A stretch of DNA of 64,000 nucleotides from IMG/VR virus record IMGVR_UViG_3300029798_000001, one strand, 5' to 3'. Position numbers and translations under genes: made by a program. Each line of letters opens with the position of its first letter. Position 1 is the first letter of the stretch. This DNA is from a virus (lineage: Duplodnaviria > Caudoviricetes). Below the pieces are notes generated by a model. It worked only from the letters and a program-made list of their open reading frames with translations. It did no database searches and was not told where the DNA came from. Positions 41,043 through 50,342 of the stretch are shown piece after piece.

Positions 41043-41117
41043 TAAATAGAAATGCGGGCACAAGATAAGGTGTCGCTAGATCCGTAACTAGCACTAAAGA
41101 GCCCTGGCTCTTTTTTT
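41043..41117 (+). ncRNA. Candidate small late-transcribed structured RNA
   Basis: TAAATA, two hairpins (41054-41076, 41075-41092) and terminator AAAGAGC-CCTG-GCTCTTT with T run. Confidence 0.45.
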
Positions 41118-41171
41118 ATGGCGTAATAAAATTGTCATATCTTTTTCTCTGGCATTGCAGTAAATAAGCGT

Positions 41172-41972
41172 ATGCCAGAAAAAACTTACCGAAGTATTTT
41201 TATTAGCGATGTTCATCTAGGCACTCGTGACTGTAAAGCCGGAGCACTCAACAACTTTCTCAAAAACAACACCTGCGAAACATTATATCTTGTAGGCGAT
41301 ATAATCGATGCGTGGAAAATTCAACAGAATAAATGGCGTTGGAAACAAAGCCACACCAATGTGATCCGTCGCATCATGGGTCATGCCAAGCGTGGTACTC
41401 GTGTGGTGTATGTGGCTGGTAACCATGATGAATTCCTCCGCCCACTGATACCATTAGGTATTGGATTTGGTCTTATCGAAGTGGTAAATCAAACAGAACA
41501 CACAGGAGTAGATGGCAGGAATTATTTGGTCACACATGGTGATTTGTTTGATGGTATTACAAGACTGGCACCTTGGTTAGCATTTTTAGGTGACAAACTC
41601 TACGATTTTGTCTTAGACTTAAATTCAAAGTTTAATGCTGTGCGTCATAAACTTAGATTGGGCTACTGGAGTCTAAGCAAATATCTCAAATACAAAGTCA
41701 AAAAAGCTAGTGACTTTTTGTTTCAATTTGAACGAAATCTTGCCGCATATTGCAAAAAGCGTGGCTACGATGGTGTGATATGCGGGCACATACACCATGC
41801 AGAAATTAAAGAGATTGATGGCGTTACATATATGAATGATGGAGATTGGGTCGAATCAATGACAGCATTGGTCGAACATCACGACGGGCGTTGGGAGATA
41901 GTAACTTGGACACAGGAGACTGATGATGTGGTTGCTGATAATACTGGCAGTGAACATAAACAATCCTGCTGA
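41172..41972 (+). CDS. plcP: PlcP-like manganese-dependent phospholipase C (metallophosphoesterase, often annotated UDP-2,3-diacylglucosamine hydrolase)
   Basis: FISDVHLG, LVGDIIDAW, GNHDEFLR (LpxH has GNRD), HGDLFD, YWSLS, GVICGHIHH, MNDGDWVES; TAAATA 5 nt before ATG. Confidence 0.75.
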   Translation: MPEKTYRSIFISDVHLGTRDCKAGALNNFLKNNTCETLYLVGDIIDAWKIQQNKWRWKQSHTNVIRRIMGHAKRGTRVVYVAGNHDEFLRPLIPLGIGFGLIEVVNQTEHTGVDGRNYLVTHGDLFDGITRLAPWLAFLGDKLYDFVLDLNSKFNAVRHKLRLGYWSLSKYLKYKVKKASDFLFQFERNLAAYCKKRGYDGVICGHIHHAEIKEIDGVTYMNDGDWVESMTALVEHHDGRWEIVTWTQETDDVVADNTGSEHKQSC

Positions 41973-42099
41973 TCAACCCGGACGGATAACCATTGAATTT
42001 GATAATGAACAGGCTTGTGTTCGTGCTCAGCATAGTGTAAAATATCAATTCAAATTTGAAGGATTCAAGGTCCAATCACAATGCCAAAAACTATATTAG
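41926..42099 (+). CDS. Small exported/membrane-anchored protein between plcP and agt
   Basis: Not in the ORF track (57 aa); AGGAG RBS; MWLLIILAV..., two Cys. Confidence 0.55.
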   Translation: MWLLIILAVNINNPADQPGRITIEFDNEQACVRAQHSVKYQFKFEGFKVQSQCQKLY

Positions 42100-43088
42100 T
42101 AGTAACTGACAATGTTCCAAATCAAATCAATGGAGTGGTCACAACTTTCAAAGCCCTGGAAGACCACTGTAATAGTAACGGGCATCGTATTGTATATATT
42201 AATCCCAGGGAGTTCCCTCATTTTGCTTGCCCTGGTTATCCTGAAGTTAAAATCTGCTGGCCACACGGCATTTCAAAGAAGATTAAGGCGTTACAGCCGG
42301 CGTATATTCACATTGCCACCGAAGGACCAGTAGGCTTATTCGCGAGGTGGTGGTGTGAGCGCAATCATATTCCTTATAATACTAGTTATCATACTGACTT
42401 TGCCAAGTTCCTAAAGAAAATGTATGGCATGCCAGAGTCTTGGACTTGGTGGTATCTTCGTTGGTTCCATAAGAATAGTCACCGGGTATTGGTTACAACC
42501 GAAAGCATTAGACAAGAATTAGTTGCACGAGGTTTTCAAAATCTGCGGGTATGGACCCGGGGAGTAGATAGAACCGTCTTTAACAGCAGTCACCGTGGTG
42601 AAACTGTGGCAGGCCGTCCTATCCTACTGTCAGTAGGCCGTGTTAGTGTTGAAAAAGGTCTAGATGATTTTTGTCGATTAGAAATTCCTGGTGCTACTAA
42701 AATTGTAGTAGGCGATGGCCCATACCGTAGAGATTTAGAACGCAGATATCCCGAGATACATTTTGTAGGAACAAAAACCGGAACGCAGTTGGCCCGTTAC
42801 TATGCTCAAGCCGATGTATTTGTATTTCCAAGTCGTGCTGATACCTTTGGAGTGGTCAACATTGAAGCCCTAGCCTGCGGAACTCCGGTAGCGGCCTATC
42901 CTGTTGCTGGACCCAAGGATATCGTTGAACCAGGCCTGACTGGATTCCTTAACGATAATCTACAATCGGCAGTAGAACAGTGTATGACACTAGATCGTTC
43001 CTGGGTAGAAGATGCTAGCCTAAAATGGACTTGGGCAGAGTGCTGGCATATATTTGAAGAAAACCTAATAGACTGTTCTGTAGTCTAA
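42081..43088 (+). CDS. agt: GT4 glycosyltransferase, Agt-like (diacylglycerol glycosyl/glucuronosyltransferase)
   Basis: VTDN..NQINGVVTT, IHIATEGPVG, TSYHT, VGRVSVEKG, ADVFVFPSRADTFG..NIEALACGTPVAAYPV.GP. Confidence 0.75.
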   Translation: MPKTILVVTDNVPNQINGVVTTFKALEDHCNSNGHRIVYINPREFPHFACPGYPEVKICWPHGISKKIKALQPAYIHIATEGPVGLFARWWCERNHIPYNTSYHTDFAKFLKKMYGMPESWTWWYLRWFHKNSHRVLVTTESIRQELVARGFQNLRVWTRGVDRTVFNSSHRGETVAGRPILLSVGRVSVEKGLDDFCRLEIPGATKIVVGDGPYRRDLERRYPEIHFVGTKTGTQLARYYAQADVFVFPSRADTFGVVNIEALACGTPVAAYPVAGPKDIVEPGLTGFLNDNLQSAVEQCMTLDRSWVEDASLKWTWAECWHIFEENLIDCSVV

Positions 43089-43100
43089 AAACAACGGTTT

Positions 43101-43126
43101 AAAACCCCTTTAAATAGGGGTTTTTT
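43101..43126 (+). terminator. Rho-independent terminator
   Basis: AAAACCCC-N8-GGGGTTTTTT; homologous to 9758-9781. Confidence 0.8.
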
Positions 43127-43143
43127 ATGAGTTGACCAAATGG

Positions 43144-43172
43144 TTGACCCAAAATGGACGATAGCTTATAAT
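43144..43172 (+). promoter_or_regulatory. Sigma70-type early promoter
   Basis: TTGACC-N17-TATAAT, then GTATAGTGAA..AAGGAGCA as at 9799. Confidence 0.85.
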
Positions 43173-43202
43173 GTATGTATAGTGAATAAAAAGGAGCAAG
43201 AA

Positions 43203-43675
43203 ATGACTACATTACAAGTGCAAAAGGGTGATACAATCCGTGCTTACGATTTTAAACCGCTTAAAGGTCGCGAAGACTGTTTTATTGAAGGCGAAGTGTT
43301 GGATACTAATAACACTGAACACGGTTACCAAGCATACAAGATTCGCGTGGTTCGCGACAGCTGGAGTGACAGTGAGGATGCGGGTCGTAAGGGTATTGAA
43401 ATGTTTGTGCCTTGGAGAGTGAGTTTTAACGAGTTCCAAGGTCGTATCATGAACTTATCAAGATAAGGAAAAGTAAAATGGCTTACAACAGAAAAAATCA
43501 TGTGATACAAGTGGCAGATGCTATCTGCGAAGACTTGGGTCACGACAGTTATAAAGCACTTGACGCAGAAGATATTGATTATATTGCTGTAGAAGTTCAG
43601 TGCAATTACGAAGGTGTTTGTGAAATACTTAACATTCCGTTGCCTGCATCGCTTGGTCCGGTAATGGCAGAATAA
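43203..43675 (+). CDS. Two early ORFs: 43203-43466 and 43478-43675
   Basis: AAGGAG/AAGGA RBSs. Confidence 0.65.
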
Positions 43676-43771
43676 GGCTGTAATGGGGTCGTGCGATCCT
43701 TGGGGAGCCTTGATACCTCAGAAACTTGCAGTCACTTTTTGCTAGTTTTTGACTCAAAATAAAAACTAGCA
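43676..43771 (+). ncRNA. Candidate structured RNA/cis element: three-way junction plus 11-bp inverted repeat
   Basis: P1 43676-83/43726-33, P2 43685-90/43695-700, P3 43701-05/43716-20; TGCTAGTTTTT/AAAAACTAGCA at 43740-43771. Confidence 0.45.
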
Positions 43772-43793
43772 TTTATTAACAAAAGGAGCAACG

Positions 43794-44192
43794 ATGAAAA
43801 AACGATTAACAGAAGAACAACGAGACCTTTGGGCCGAATTGACTAATGATTATTCGTATCTTGCTCGTAAACAATCTCCCGAAAACTTGGCTCATACCAT
43901 TGGTGAAAAACTACAAGGAAAAAGTCAAGAAATTGTAAATCGTGTTATTGATCAATGTTTTGGTATTGTAATGCGTCGCCGAGTTTCTAAAATAGATCGA
44001 ATCTTAATCATCCGACTTTGGTTAACCAAGTATAATTTACCAATGATTCCAAGTCAAATGAGTTGGTTTGATGTGTTTCATAACACCCATGGACCATTGA
44101 TTATAAAATGTGGATCTGGTTTTGGGTATAATCTTACTACTGAGCAGGAAGAATTTCGTCGTAAAATATCAAACTTAGAATTTAGTAGTTGA
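43794..44192 (+). CDS. Hypothetical protein
   Basis: AAGGAG RBS; the stop lies within the next promoter. Confidence 0.6.
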   Translation: MKKRLTEEQRDLWAELTNDYSYLARKQSPENLAHTIGEKLQGKSQEIVNRVIDQCFGIVMRRRVSKIDRILIIRLWLTKYNLPMIPSQMSWFDVFHNTHGPLIIKCGSGFGYNLTTEQEEFRRKISNLEFSS

Positions 44193-44217
44193 CCAAAAAA
44201 TCCATTTAGGGTATAAT
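44189..44217 (+). promoter_or_regulatory. Sigma70-type early promoter
   Basis: TTGACC-N17-TATAAT. Confidence 0.8.
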
Positions 44218-44242
44218 AGTTACTTACATAACAGGAGCAGGT

Positions 44243-45298
44243 ATGAAGACCACAGTAGACTTAATTAAAATTGCCGATCGGATTGCTGACTTAACCGCAG
44301 ACGAGCGAGTTAGATTAGGCCGTATCTTGGTACACGAATACAGCCAGGATGCTTGCGATGTAAAAGATGGCATTGAAGACGGGTTTATCCTTTTAGAAAA
44401 AGAATTGGGGTTGGTATGATTTGTCCACATTGTAACACCAAATTGGTAACCTTTTTGTACCGAGGTTACTACGATAGCTTTTACGGCTACAAGTGTGCTT
44501 GCGAAACTTTGCCTAAAGAGGCAGACTCTCGGGCAATCACTGGTGCCTATGCTTACGGGCATGAATGGGATCCTGTTGAGGAGGACTTGGTATGAAATTT
44601 ACCACAGATGCCAATATGAATTTTAGCAGTTTAAAAGGCGAGTTTCCTATTACCTATGCAGAGCTTGTTGAAATATTTGGAAAACCAAAGTATGGTCCTA
44701 ATGCCGACTTGGACAAGACCACTTGCGAATGGGCACTTACATTTGAAGACGGTGTAAAAGCTTCAATATACGACTACAAGACTAACCAAACTCCTATGTT
44801 TGAATATGAATGGCATATTGGTGGGTTTGATGCTGAAGCCTACACTCATGTAGTAGATGAGATTATTCATCATCGCGATCGGTTGGTTAAGATGGTTCGT
44901 GAGTATAAACCCAATGAGCGTGTATCAGGATGAAGTGTTTCCAGGAGACAACTGAATGGAAAGTAGATTTCGCTATGAAGAACCATGTTTACTTCTTGAG
45001 TGACAGTAAAGACAAGATGTACGGCTATGTAAAAGCCAGCACAGGTGAGATTCAAGAAATGGCGACACCATACAAGTTTAAGGTTAGTGGTCGTAAGTTT
45101 AAGGAAGTTGCAAACACCTGGGGATTCTTCCCAAAAGAGGAATTGGTCCTAGTTGGTGAAACTCACAAGGTTCCTGGAAGCAAGGGTGCAGTTTATACTG
45201 TAACTAACGATAGAGGATCATGGAGTTGTAGCTGTCCCTCGGCCAAATGGCAAAAGGCCGAGTGCAAGCATATTGTAAAATTAAAGGCCGAAGCGTAG
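44243..45298 (+). CDS. Early array of four ORFs: 44243-44419, 44416-44595 (Zn-finger), 44592-44933, 44930-45298 (C-terminal SWIM-like Zn finger)
   Basis: ATGA overlaps; CPHC..CAC in the second; CSC...CKH in the last. Confidence 0.65.
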
Positions 45299-45306
45299 TT
45301 ATCTGC

Positions 45307-48300
45307 TTATATACTAATTGATTCTGTTACTTCGGTAGCAAGCAATCGATTTACATATCCTTTGATCATCTCTAGTTCAAAGGATTGTTCTTGTAATCGT
45401 AATCCAGAAACAAATCGACTTTCAATTTCAGCAAACTCCGACAAGTTTCTGTTGACTACAACATCCTTAACAAACTTCATATCCGTAATAGGATAGATAT
45501 TATTAAAGCGGCAACTTGTTAATATGCTGTCAGCAAATAGGTTAATATGGTGATCGGTGATTATGTTATAGTGTTCAATCGTGTCCCAAATTAGCTCACG
45601 TTTAACTAGAGTAATTTCTTGTCCGTGTTCATTTACTGTGACGGTACCAACTGGTGTATCATCACTCATTGGATATGTAAATGTGCCAGCCTGTTTGTTA
45701 AAGATTCTATGCTGATCAAATGTACGCAGTCTAGTTCCGTCACTAAATGTTAACTGGTTATACCGAGTTCCAGTTTCGCCACGCTTGATCCATAATGGTC
45801 GGGCTTGTGCATATTGTCCTAGATCAAAGTTCCATGTCAATAATAAATCACCATTGTTGATATCTTCGATTGGTTTGTAAGTTCCGTCAGCTAGGCTGAT
45901 CATTGTTCCTTTTAGTAAACATAGACCTGAAAATCCAACCTCGGGGCCGGAATAATATGTGCCTGCATTGGTAGTAACATAGGCGTATACAGTAAATGGT
46001 TGGTCTGATGTGCCGGTGCTAATTGTAATTTTTTCTGTGCCCGGGATATTGGCAAGATTACCAGCAACATATTTGTCAACAGTGCTACCGGAAGTGACAA
46101 TAACACCATATTCTATGACCGGGGCCACATTGGCCACCAATACATTGGCGTATCCTGATCCACCGCTGGTTTCGTATTCACTACTGGTTTTAGTAATTGT
46201 AATTGATTGTATAGTAGGCAGAATATTTTGACTAGGAACCGATGCTGCACCCACACCAGTGAGTTGACTGCCGTTACCAAACAAGTAAGAACCAGTGATG
46301 TTACCTACAGCACTAATGTTGCCTGATGTAGTTAGGTTACCGGTATTATCAAATGTCCACGAACCTTGTAGGCCATTGCCAGTGTAGGTGCTGATGTTTA
46401 TAGTGCCATCTGAACCATTGGTTATGCAACCAGCATAGAATCCGTTGGCATAGAAACTGGTCAGGCTAACTGGGCTACCGTTCCCGCCATCTAGGCCAGT
46501 CCAGCCTTTACCAGCACTACCCAAACGTCCACCTTGTGGGGTTGTCAATTCGCCTGCGGAATCAAATATCCAGGATTTAGCACCAGTAGCAGTTTGTATT
46601 GTAACTAAATTACCGGCCGCTAAGGTCGCTGAGTTACCTGAATAGTCTAAACCTAAATTTACAGCAAATGGATCAAGAATGTTGGCAGTTATGCCTGCTG
46701 TGCCTGCTGTGCCCAAAGTCCATACAGCCCCGCCACCTGGAATAGATAAGTTACCGGTGGTGTCAAAAACCCATTGTTTCTCTAATGGATCGGTACCAAT
46801 ATTAGCGTTTAGCGTTATATTACCATATGATCCAACATAACCTGGTAATGCGTTGCCGCCTAGCTCAATTCCACCGGTCCAAAATTGGCCGTCGCTGTTC
46901 AGCAATAATCTATGTCCGTTGTAGCCTAACCAAAGTCCTTCTTCTGGATCGCCAAGAGCACTAGTAATCGTGCCGCCGCCTGGTAATGTCAACAGACCAG
47001 CGTTGTCAAATGTCCAGTTCTGATATCCAGTATTGACCCCATCGCCAGTGGTTAGTTGAATAGGAGTCCAAGAATTAATTGCCAAATTAGCAAGGTTGTC
47101 AACAACATAATGATTTAACGCACCTGGAATAGATAAGTTACCGGTGGTGTCAAATGTCCAAGTTGCGTTGCCATAGCTTGTTGTCAGGGTTATATTGCTA
47201 GGTGTGCCATCTCCAGCATAGATATCGCTTGTAAAGATACCAGGAGCATTGAGATAATCGGCATACAAGGTCATCTCACCGCCATTGTCTACATATCGTA
47301 GAGTAGAATCGGCGCCAATGTTGCCAGCTACATTAATCTGAATATCACCTGCGTTACCTGCGGCACCCGCACTACCTGATCCACTATAAGGCTGACCATT
47401 GGCGTAGTTGATACTACTTGAGTTGCTGGGCAAAGTTAAATTACCAGTGTTGTCCAGCGTCCAACTTGCAGTTATACCTGATCCTGCACCTGTTTGTAAA
47501 GCAATATTACCATAGGTGTTGTTTACTTGAATAGCATTGGCATCACCATTAGCCGGAAGAACCACGGCCGCTGTTGCAGCATGTGACAAGTCTGCATTTT
47601 CTAAATAGATGCCATTGAGATCATAAATGGCATCACCGCTGAATCCAATGTTGCCGGTACTGGTTACAACGCCAGTTAATTGACTACCGTTACCGATAAA
47701 ATAATTTGCCGTAACATTGCCAGCTGTATTTAGATTTGCACCGCGGACATTACCGCTAGCACTTACTATGCCACCGGTTATTACATTCCCACTGGTTACG
47801 TTACCAGAAACGGCTAACGCATTTGTAGTATTATTAAACGTAAATCCGGCAGTTCCGCCAAATGCACCAGCATTGTTGTATTGAACTTGTGTATTAGCGC
47901 CGGCTGGAGTAGCATTGCCAGATCCACCGGTTTGTGCTGTCCAAGTTAAATTACCTGTACCATCTGTTTGCAATACATAACCGTTTGAGCCTCCTGTTAT
48001 ATGTAGATTACCAACAGCGATTGTTAATGTACCTATATTACTAATATTGGCCGTGCCAATATTAGCATAGGAAGTGTTTAGATATTGTGTATATGTGTTA
48101 AGCCAAAGTAAACTAGGTGAACCTAAATTGCGAATACGAGTTTGATCTGGAACTACGTGGGCGTTTCCCTGTATAACACCAATACCATTAGGATTTAAAA
48201 TTAAATTACCGTTGGTATTAGTGGTTAAAATACTGTTGTTGGCTATTTGAATATTAGATCCAACTGGGCCAGAGGTAAAAACATTGGCAAAGTTTAAGTT

Positions 48301-48384
48301 TACATCATTAAATGCGGTGCGTAACGGGTCGCCTGTGCCATCATTTGGTAGTGCGCCGATGTTGATTACAATGGGTTGTGACAT
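45307..48384 (-). CDS. Modular tail fibre with gp9/gp10-like N-terminus, six W.FD..G.L..P modules and C-terminal Hint domain
   Basis: Start MSQPIVINIGALPNDGTGDPLRTAF; G/N/T-rich; CLLKGTMISLADG..KPIEDI at 45921; ATAAATA on the minus strand at 48413-48419. Confidence 0.8.
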   Translation of the reverse strand: MSQPIVINIGALPNDGTGDPLRTAFNDVNLNFANVFTSGPVGSNIQIANNSILTTNTNGNLILNPNGIGVIQGNAHVVPDQTRIRNLGSPSLLWLNTYTQYLNTSYANIGTANISNIGTLTIAVGNLHITGGSNGYVLQTDGTGNLTWTAQTGGSGNATPAGANTQVQYNNAGAFGGTAGFTFNNTTNALAVSGNVTSGNVITGGIVSASGNVRGANLNTAGNVTANYFIGNGSQLTGVVTSTGNIGFSGDAIYDLNGIYLENADLSHAATAAVVLPANGDANAIQVNNTYGNIALQTGAGSGITASWTLDNTGNLTLPSNSSSINYANGQPYSGSGSAGAAGNAGDIQINVAGNIGADSTLRYVDNGGEMTLYADYLNAPGIFTSDIYAGDGTPSNITLTTSYGNATWTFDTTGNLSIPGALNHYVVDNLANLAINSWTPIQLTTGDGVNTGYQNWTFDNAGLLTLPGGGTITSALGDPEEGLWLGYNGHRLLLNSDGQFWTGGIELGGNALPGYVGSYGNITLNANIGTDPLEKQWVFDTTGNLSIPGGGAVWTLGTAGTAGITANILDPFAVNLGLDYSGNSATLAAGNLVTIQTATGAKSWIFDSAGELTTPQGGRLGSAGKGWTGLDGGNGSPVSLTSFYANGFYAGCITNGSDGTINISTYTGNGLQGSWTFDNTGNLTTSGNISAVGNITGSYLFGNGSQLTGVGAASVPSQNILPTIQSITITKTSSEYETSGGSGYANVLVANVAPVIEYGVIVTSGSTVDKYVAGNLANIPGTEKITISTGTSDQPFTVYAYVTTNAGTYYSGPEVGFSGLCLLKGTMISLADGTYKPIEDINNGDLLLTWNFDLGQYAQARPLWIKRGETGTRYNQLTFSDGTRLRTFDQHRIFNKQAGTFTYPMSDDTPVGTVTVNEHGQEITLVKRELIWDTIEHYNIITDHHINLFADSILTSCRFNNIYPITDMKFVKDVVVNRNLSEFAEIESRFVSGLRLQEQSFELEMIKGYVNRLLATEVTESISI
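46734..47154. repeat. Exact 34-bp direct repeat (46734-46767 and 47121-47154) within the tail fibre gene
   Basis: CACCTGGAATAGATAAGTTACCGGTGGTGTCAAA in both places; encodes FDTTGNLSIPG. Confidence 0.9.
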
Positions 48385-48518
48385 ATTGGGGATCCTGGTT
48401 AGCCTTTTGAAGTATTTATGGCTAGATGCTCGTCCTAAAGGCATTGCGTATTGTGCAACTTGGTGTTATAATTATTTCATGCTGTTGTTAAACAGCGTTT
48501 AACAGAGAAAGGTATCAA

Positions 48519-48782
48519 ATGAAATTTATTAATCCAGAAACTAAGACTTTTAAAGTATTTTCCGCTTTGCAAGAAGGTAAAGCATTGACAGCTAGCCAAG
48601 CAAGCAAAATGGGCGTAAAAAACCTGTCAGCTGAAGTATCACGCATTCGTGCCCACGGATTCGCTGTCTATACGAATTCTCGTAAAGCCAAAAATGGTGT
48701 GCAGGTTACAGAATATGTAATCGGAAAACCATCAAGAACACTCGTAGCCGCCGGCTATCGCGCTCTTGCATTAGGTATCTAA
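48519..48782 (+). CDS. Winged-helix/HTH DNA-binding protein
   Basis: LQEGKALTASQ...NLSAEVSRIRAHGFAVY; basic; divergent from the tail fibre. Confidence 0.6.
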   Translation: MKFINPETKTFKVFSALQEGKALTASQASKMGVKNLSAEVSRIRAHGFAVYTNSRKAKNGVQVTEYVIGKPSRTLVAAGYRALALGI

Positions 48783-48822
48783 TACCTACCCGCTGTCCGA
48801 TTCAGACCGGACACTGAGCACC

Positions 48823-48849
48823 AAACCCCAGTGCAATGCTGGGGTTTTT
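48823..48849 (+). terminator. Rho-independent terminator
   Basis: AAACCCCAG-N7-CTGGGGTTT followed by TT. Confidence 0.8.
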
Positions 48850-48866
48850 CACGGCTAAAATATCGT

Positions 48867-48895
48867 TTGACCATTAATTCCGTTTATTGTATAAT
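48867..48895 (+). promoter_or_regulatory. Sigma70-type early promoter
   Basis: TTGACC-ATTAATTCCGTTTATTG-TATAAT. Confidence 0.8.
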
Positions 48896-48923
48896 AGTAG
48901 TATATTAAAAATTTAGAGGTTGT

Positions 48924-49178
48924 ATGGATATTACTTCGTCAATTTATATTGTTCAGACTTATGCGAAAGCCCAGGGTTTACAAATTTCGGAAGCCTTGGC
49001 AGAATTAGATCACTTGGCCTCGCAGGATTGGATCAATACCAGCCCTGGAGCCCCCAAAGGATATCAACGCAAAACTACTCTGGCCCAGGATGAAGCAGTT
49101 ACTACTTTCTGTAAAAATAGAGCCAAGTGGAGAAGTCAAGCGGTTCTCGCTGGGTTGGATCTTAGCGATTGGACCTAA
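48924..49178 (+). CDS. Early hypothetical protein
   Basis: AGAGG RBS after the promoter. Confidence 0.55.
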   Translation: MDITSSIYIVQTYAKAQGLQISEALAELDHLASQDWINTSPGAPKGYQRKTTLAQDEAVTTFCKNRAKWRSQAVLAGLDLSDWT

Positions 49179-49216
49179 CGAAAATGTTTATTAATCTAAA
49201 TAAGTAAGGATATATC

Positions 49217-49735
49217 ATGCCAAATTGGTGTAGCGGAAGAGCAACTATTAACGGACCAAGTCCGGTTATCGACGAAATCCGAGCAATACTTGAGGATCCA
49301 GAGGGCAATTTGCTTAATTGGATGGTTCCTCAACCCAACTTTGAGGGTGACCAAGATTGGTATGATTGGAACATCAACAACTGGGGGACAAAATGGCCCC
49401 TAAGTGACATCTACATTGATAACGCAGCGGAACCAGACTCAATTGAATTCTCATTTAGCACAGCCTGGGCGCCACCTGTTGATGCATTTCGTACCTGGGC
49501 AGAACTAGATGGCCGAGTCCAGTTTAATTTAGAATATTGGGAACCCGGCGTAGGATTTGTGGGATCAGCAAGTTGGGATGGTGATTCGTTTGATGACAGT
49601 TATGTCGACTGCAATCAAGACGAGCAGGAATACAAAAGAATAGCCAGTGATACCTGGGGCTATGAAGAGTATGATGAGCCGGAACCCTTAACTGAGTGGT
49701 ATAAAGATGGCGTCGAAGCCCGAGGATTAACATGA
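49217..49735 (+). CDS. DUF1281/YubB ferredoxin-like domain protein
   Basis: MPNWCS, WYDWNINNWGTKW, FSTAWAPP, YWEPGVGF. Confidence 0.75.
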   Translation: MPNWCSGRATINGPSPVIDEIRAILEDPEGNLLNWMVPQPNFEGDQDWYDWNINNWGTKWPLSDIYIDNAAEPDSIEFSFSTAWAPPVDAFRTWAELDGRVQFNLEYWEPGVGFVGSASWDGDSFDDSYVDCNQDEQEYKRIASDTWGYEEYDEPEPLTEWYKDGVEARGLT

Positions 49736-50342
49736 ACGACAGAATTAAAGAACTAATGCTCAAAGCAGGATTTGCGGCACCAGAACTTGCTGGCCGTGCT
49801 AACTTGTTGGCCGAGTTGATTGCTAGAGACATCTGCAAGATTATTAAAAGTCAGAAAATTGCCGAGCCATTCTGTGGCTATCAAGATTGGGAAAACGGTT
49901 ACAATGCCGCAGTTAAATCCGCAGTAGAACAAATTAAACGACAATACAAGAAAGCAAAATAATGGAACTTATGGACATTTTAACAGCCATTGGTATTGGC
50001 ACCCTAATTGGCGTTGGCATTATAGGCTTTTATGTTTGGATACTATACCAACGAATCAAAGGTCGGGTAGACGACATGGTTAAACAAATCATCCAAGAAG
50101 CCGAAGACAACATGGTCGGACTTGATATCGAAGTTGACAAAGACACTTATTTTTGCTATAATAGTGAAGATAAGCAGTTTATTTGCCAAGGAAAAACAGT
50201 AGCAGAAATCCGCCAGGCCTTCCAAAATCGATTTCCAGGAAAGACAGCCTATTTGGCCGGAGGAGACCCAAGAGTGGTAGAATATTTTAAAACGGAATTA
50301 TTAAAATTAGGCATTAATGAACCTCAATCTAAGTCAGATTGA
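49732..50342 (+). CDS. Two hypothetical ORFs: 49732-49962 and 49962-50342 (N-terminal TM)
   Basis: ATGA/TAATG couplings. Confidence 0.6.

Noticed and set aside
41172-41972. Lipid A biosynthesis enzyme LpxH
   Set aside because: It has GNHD rather than the GNRD of LpxH and is linked to an Agt-like GT4, which fits PlcP better.
43676-43733. Hammerhead ribozyme or tRNA
   Set aside because: GAAAC is present but there is no CUGANGA core or GUH site; there is no T-arm, and the element is too short for a tRNA.
45514-45921. Canonical splicing intein
   Set aside because: It ends in TS rather than HN/HQ and has no endonuclease, so it was kept only as a Hint cleavage domain.
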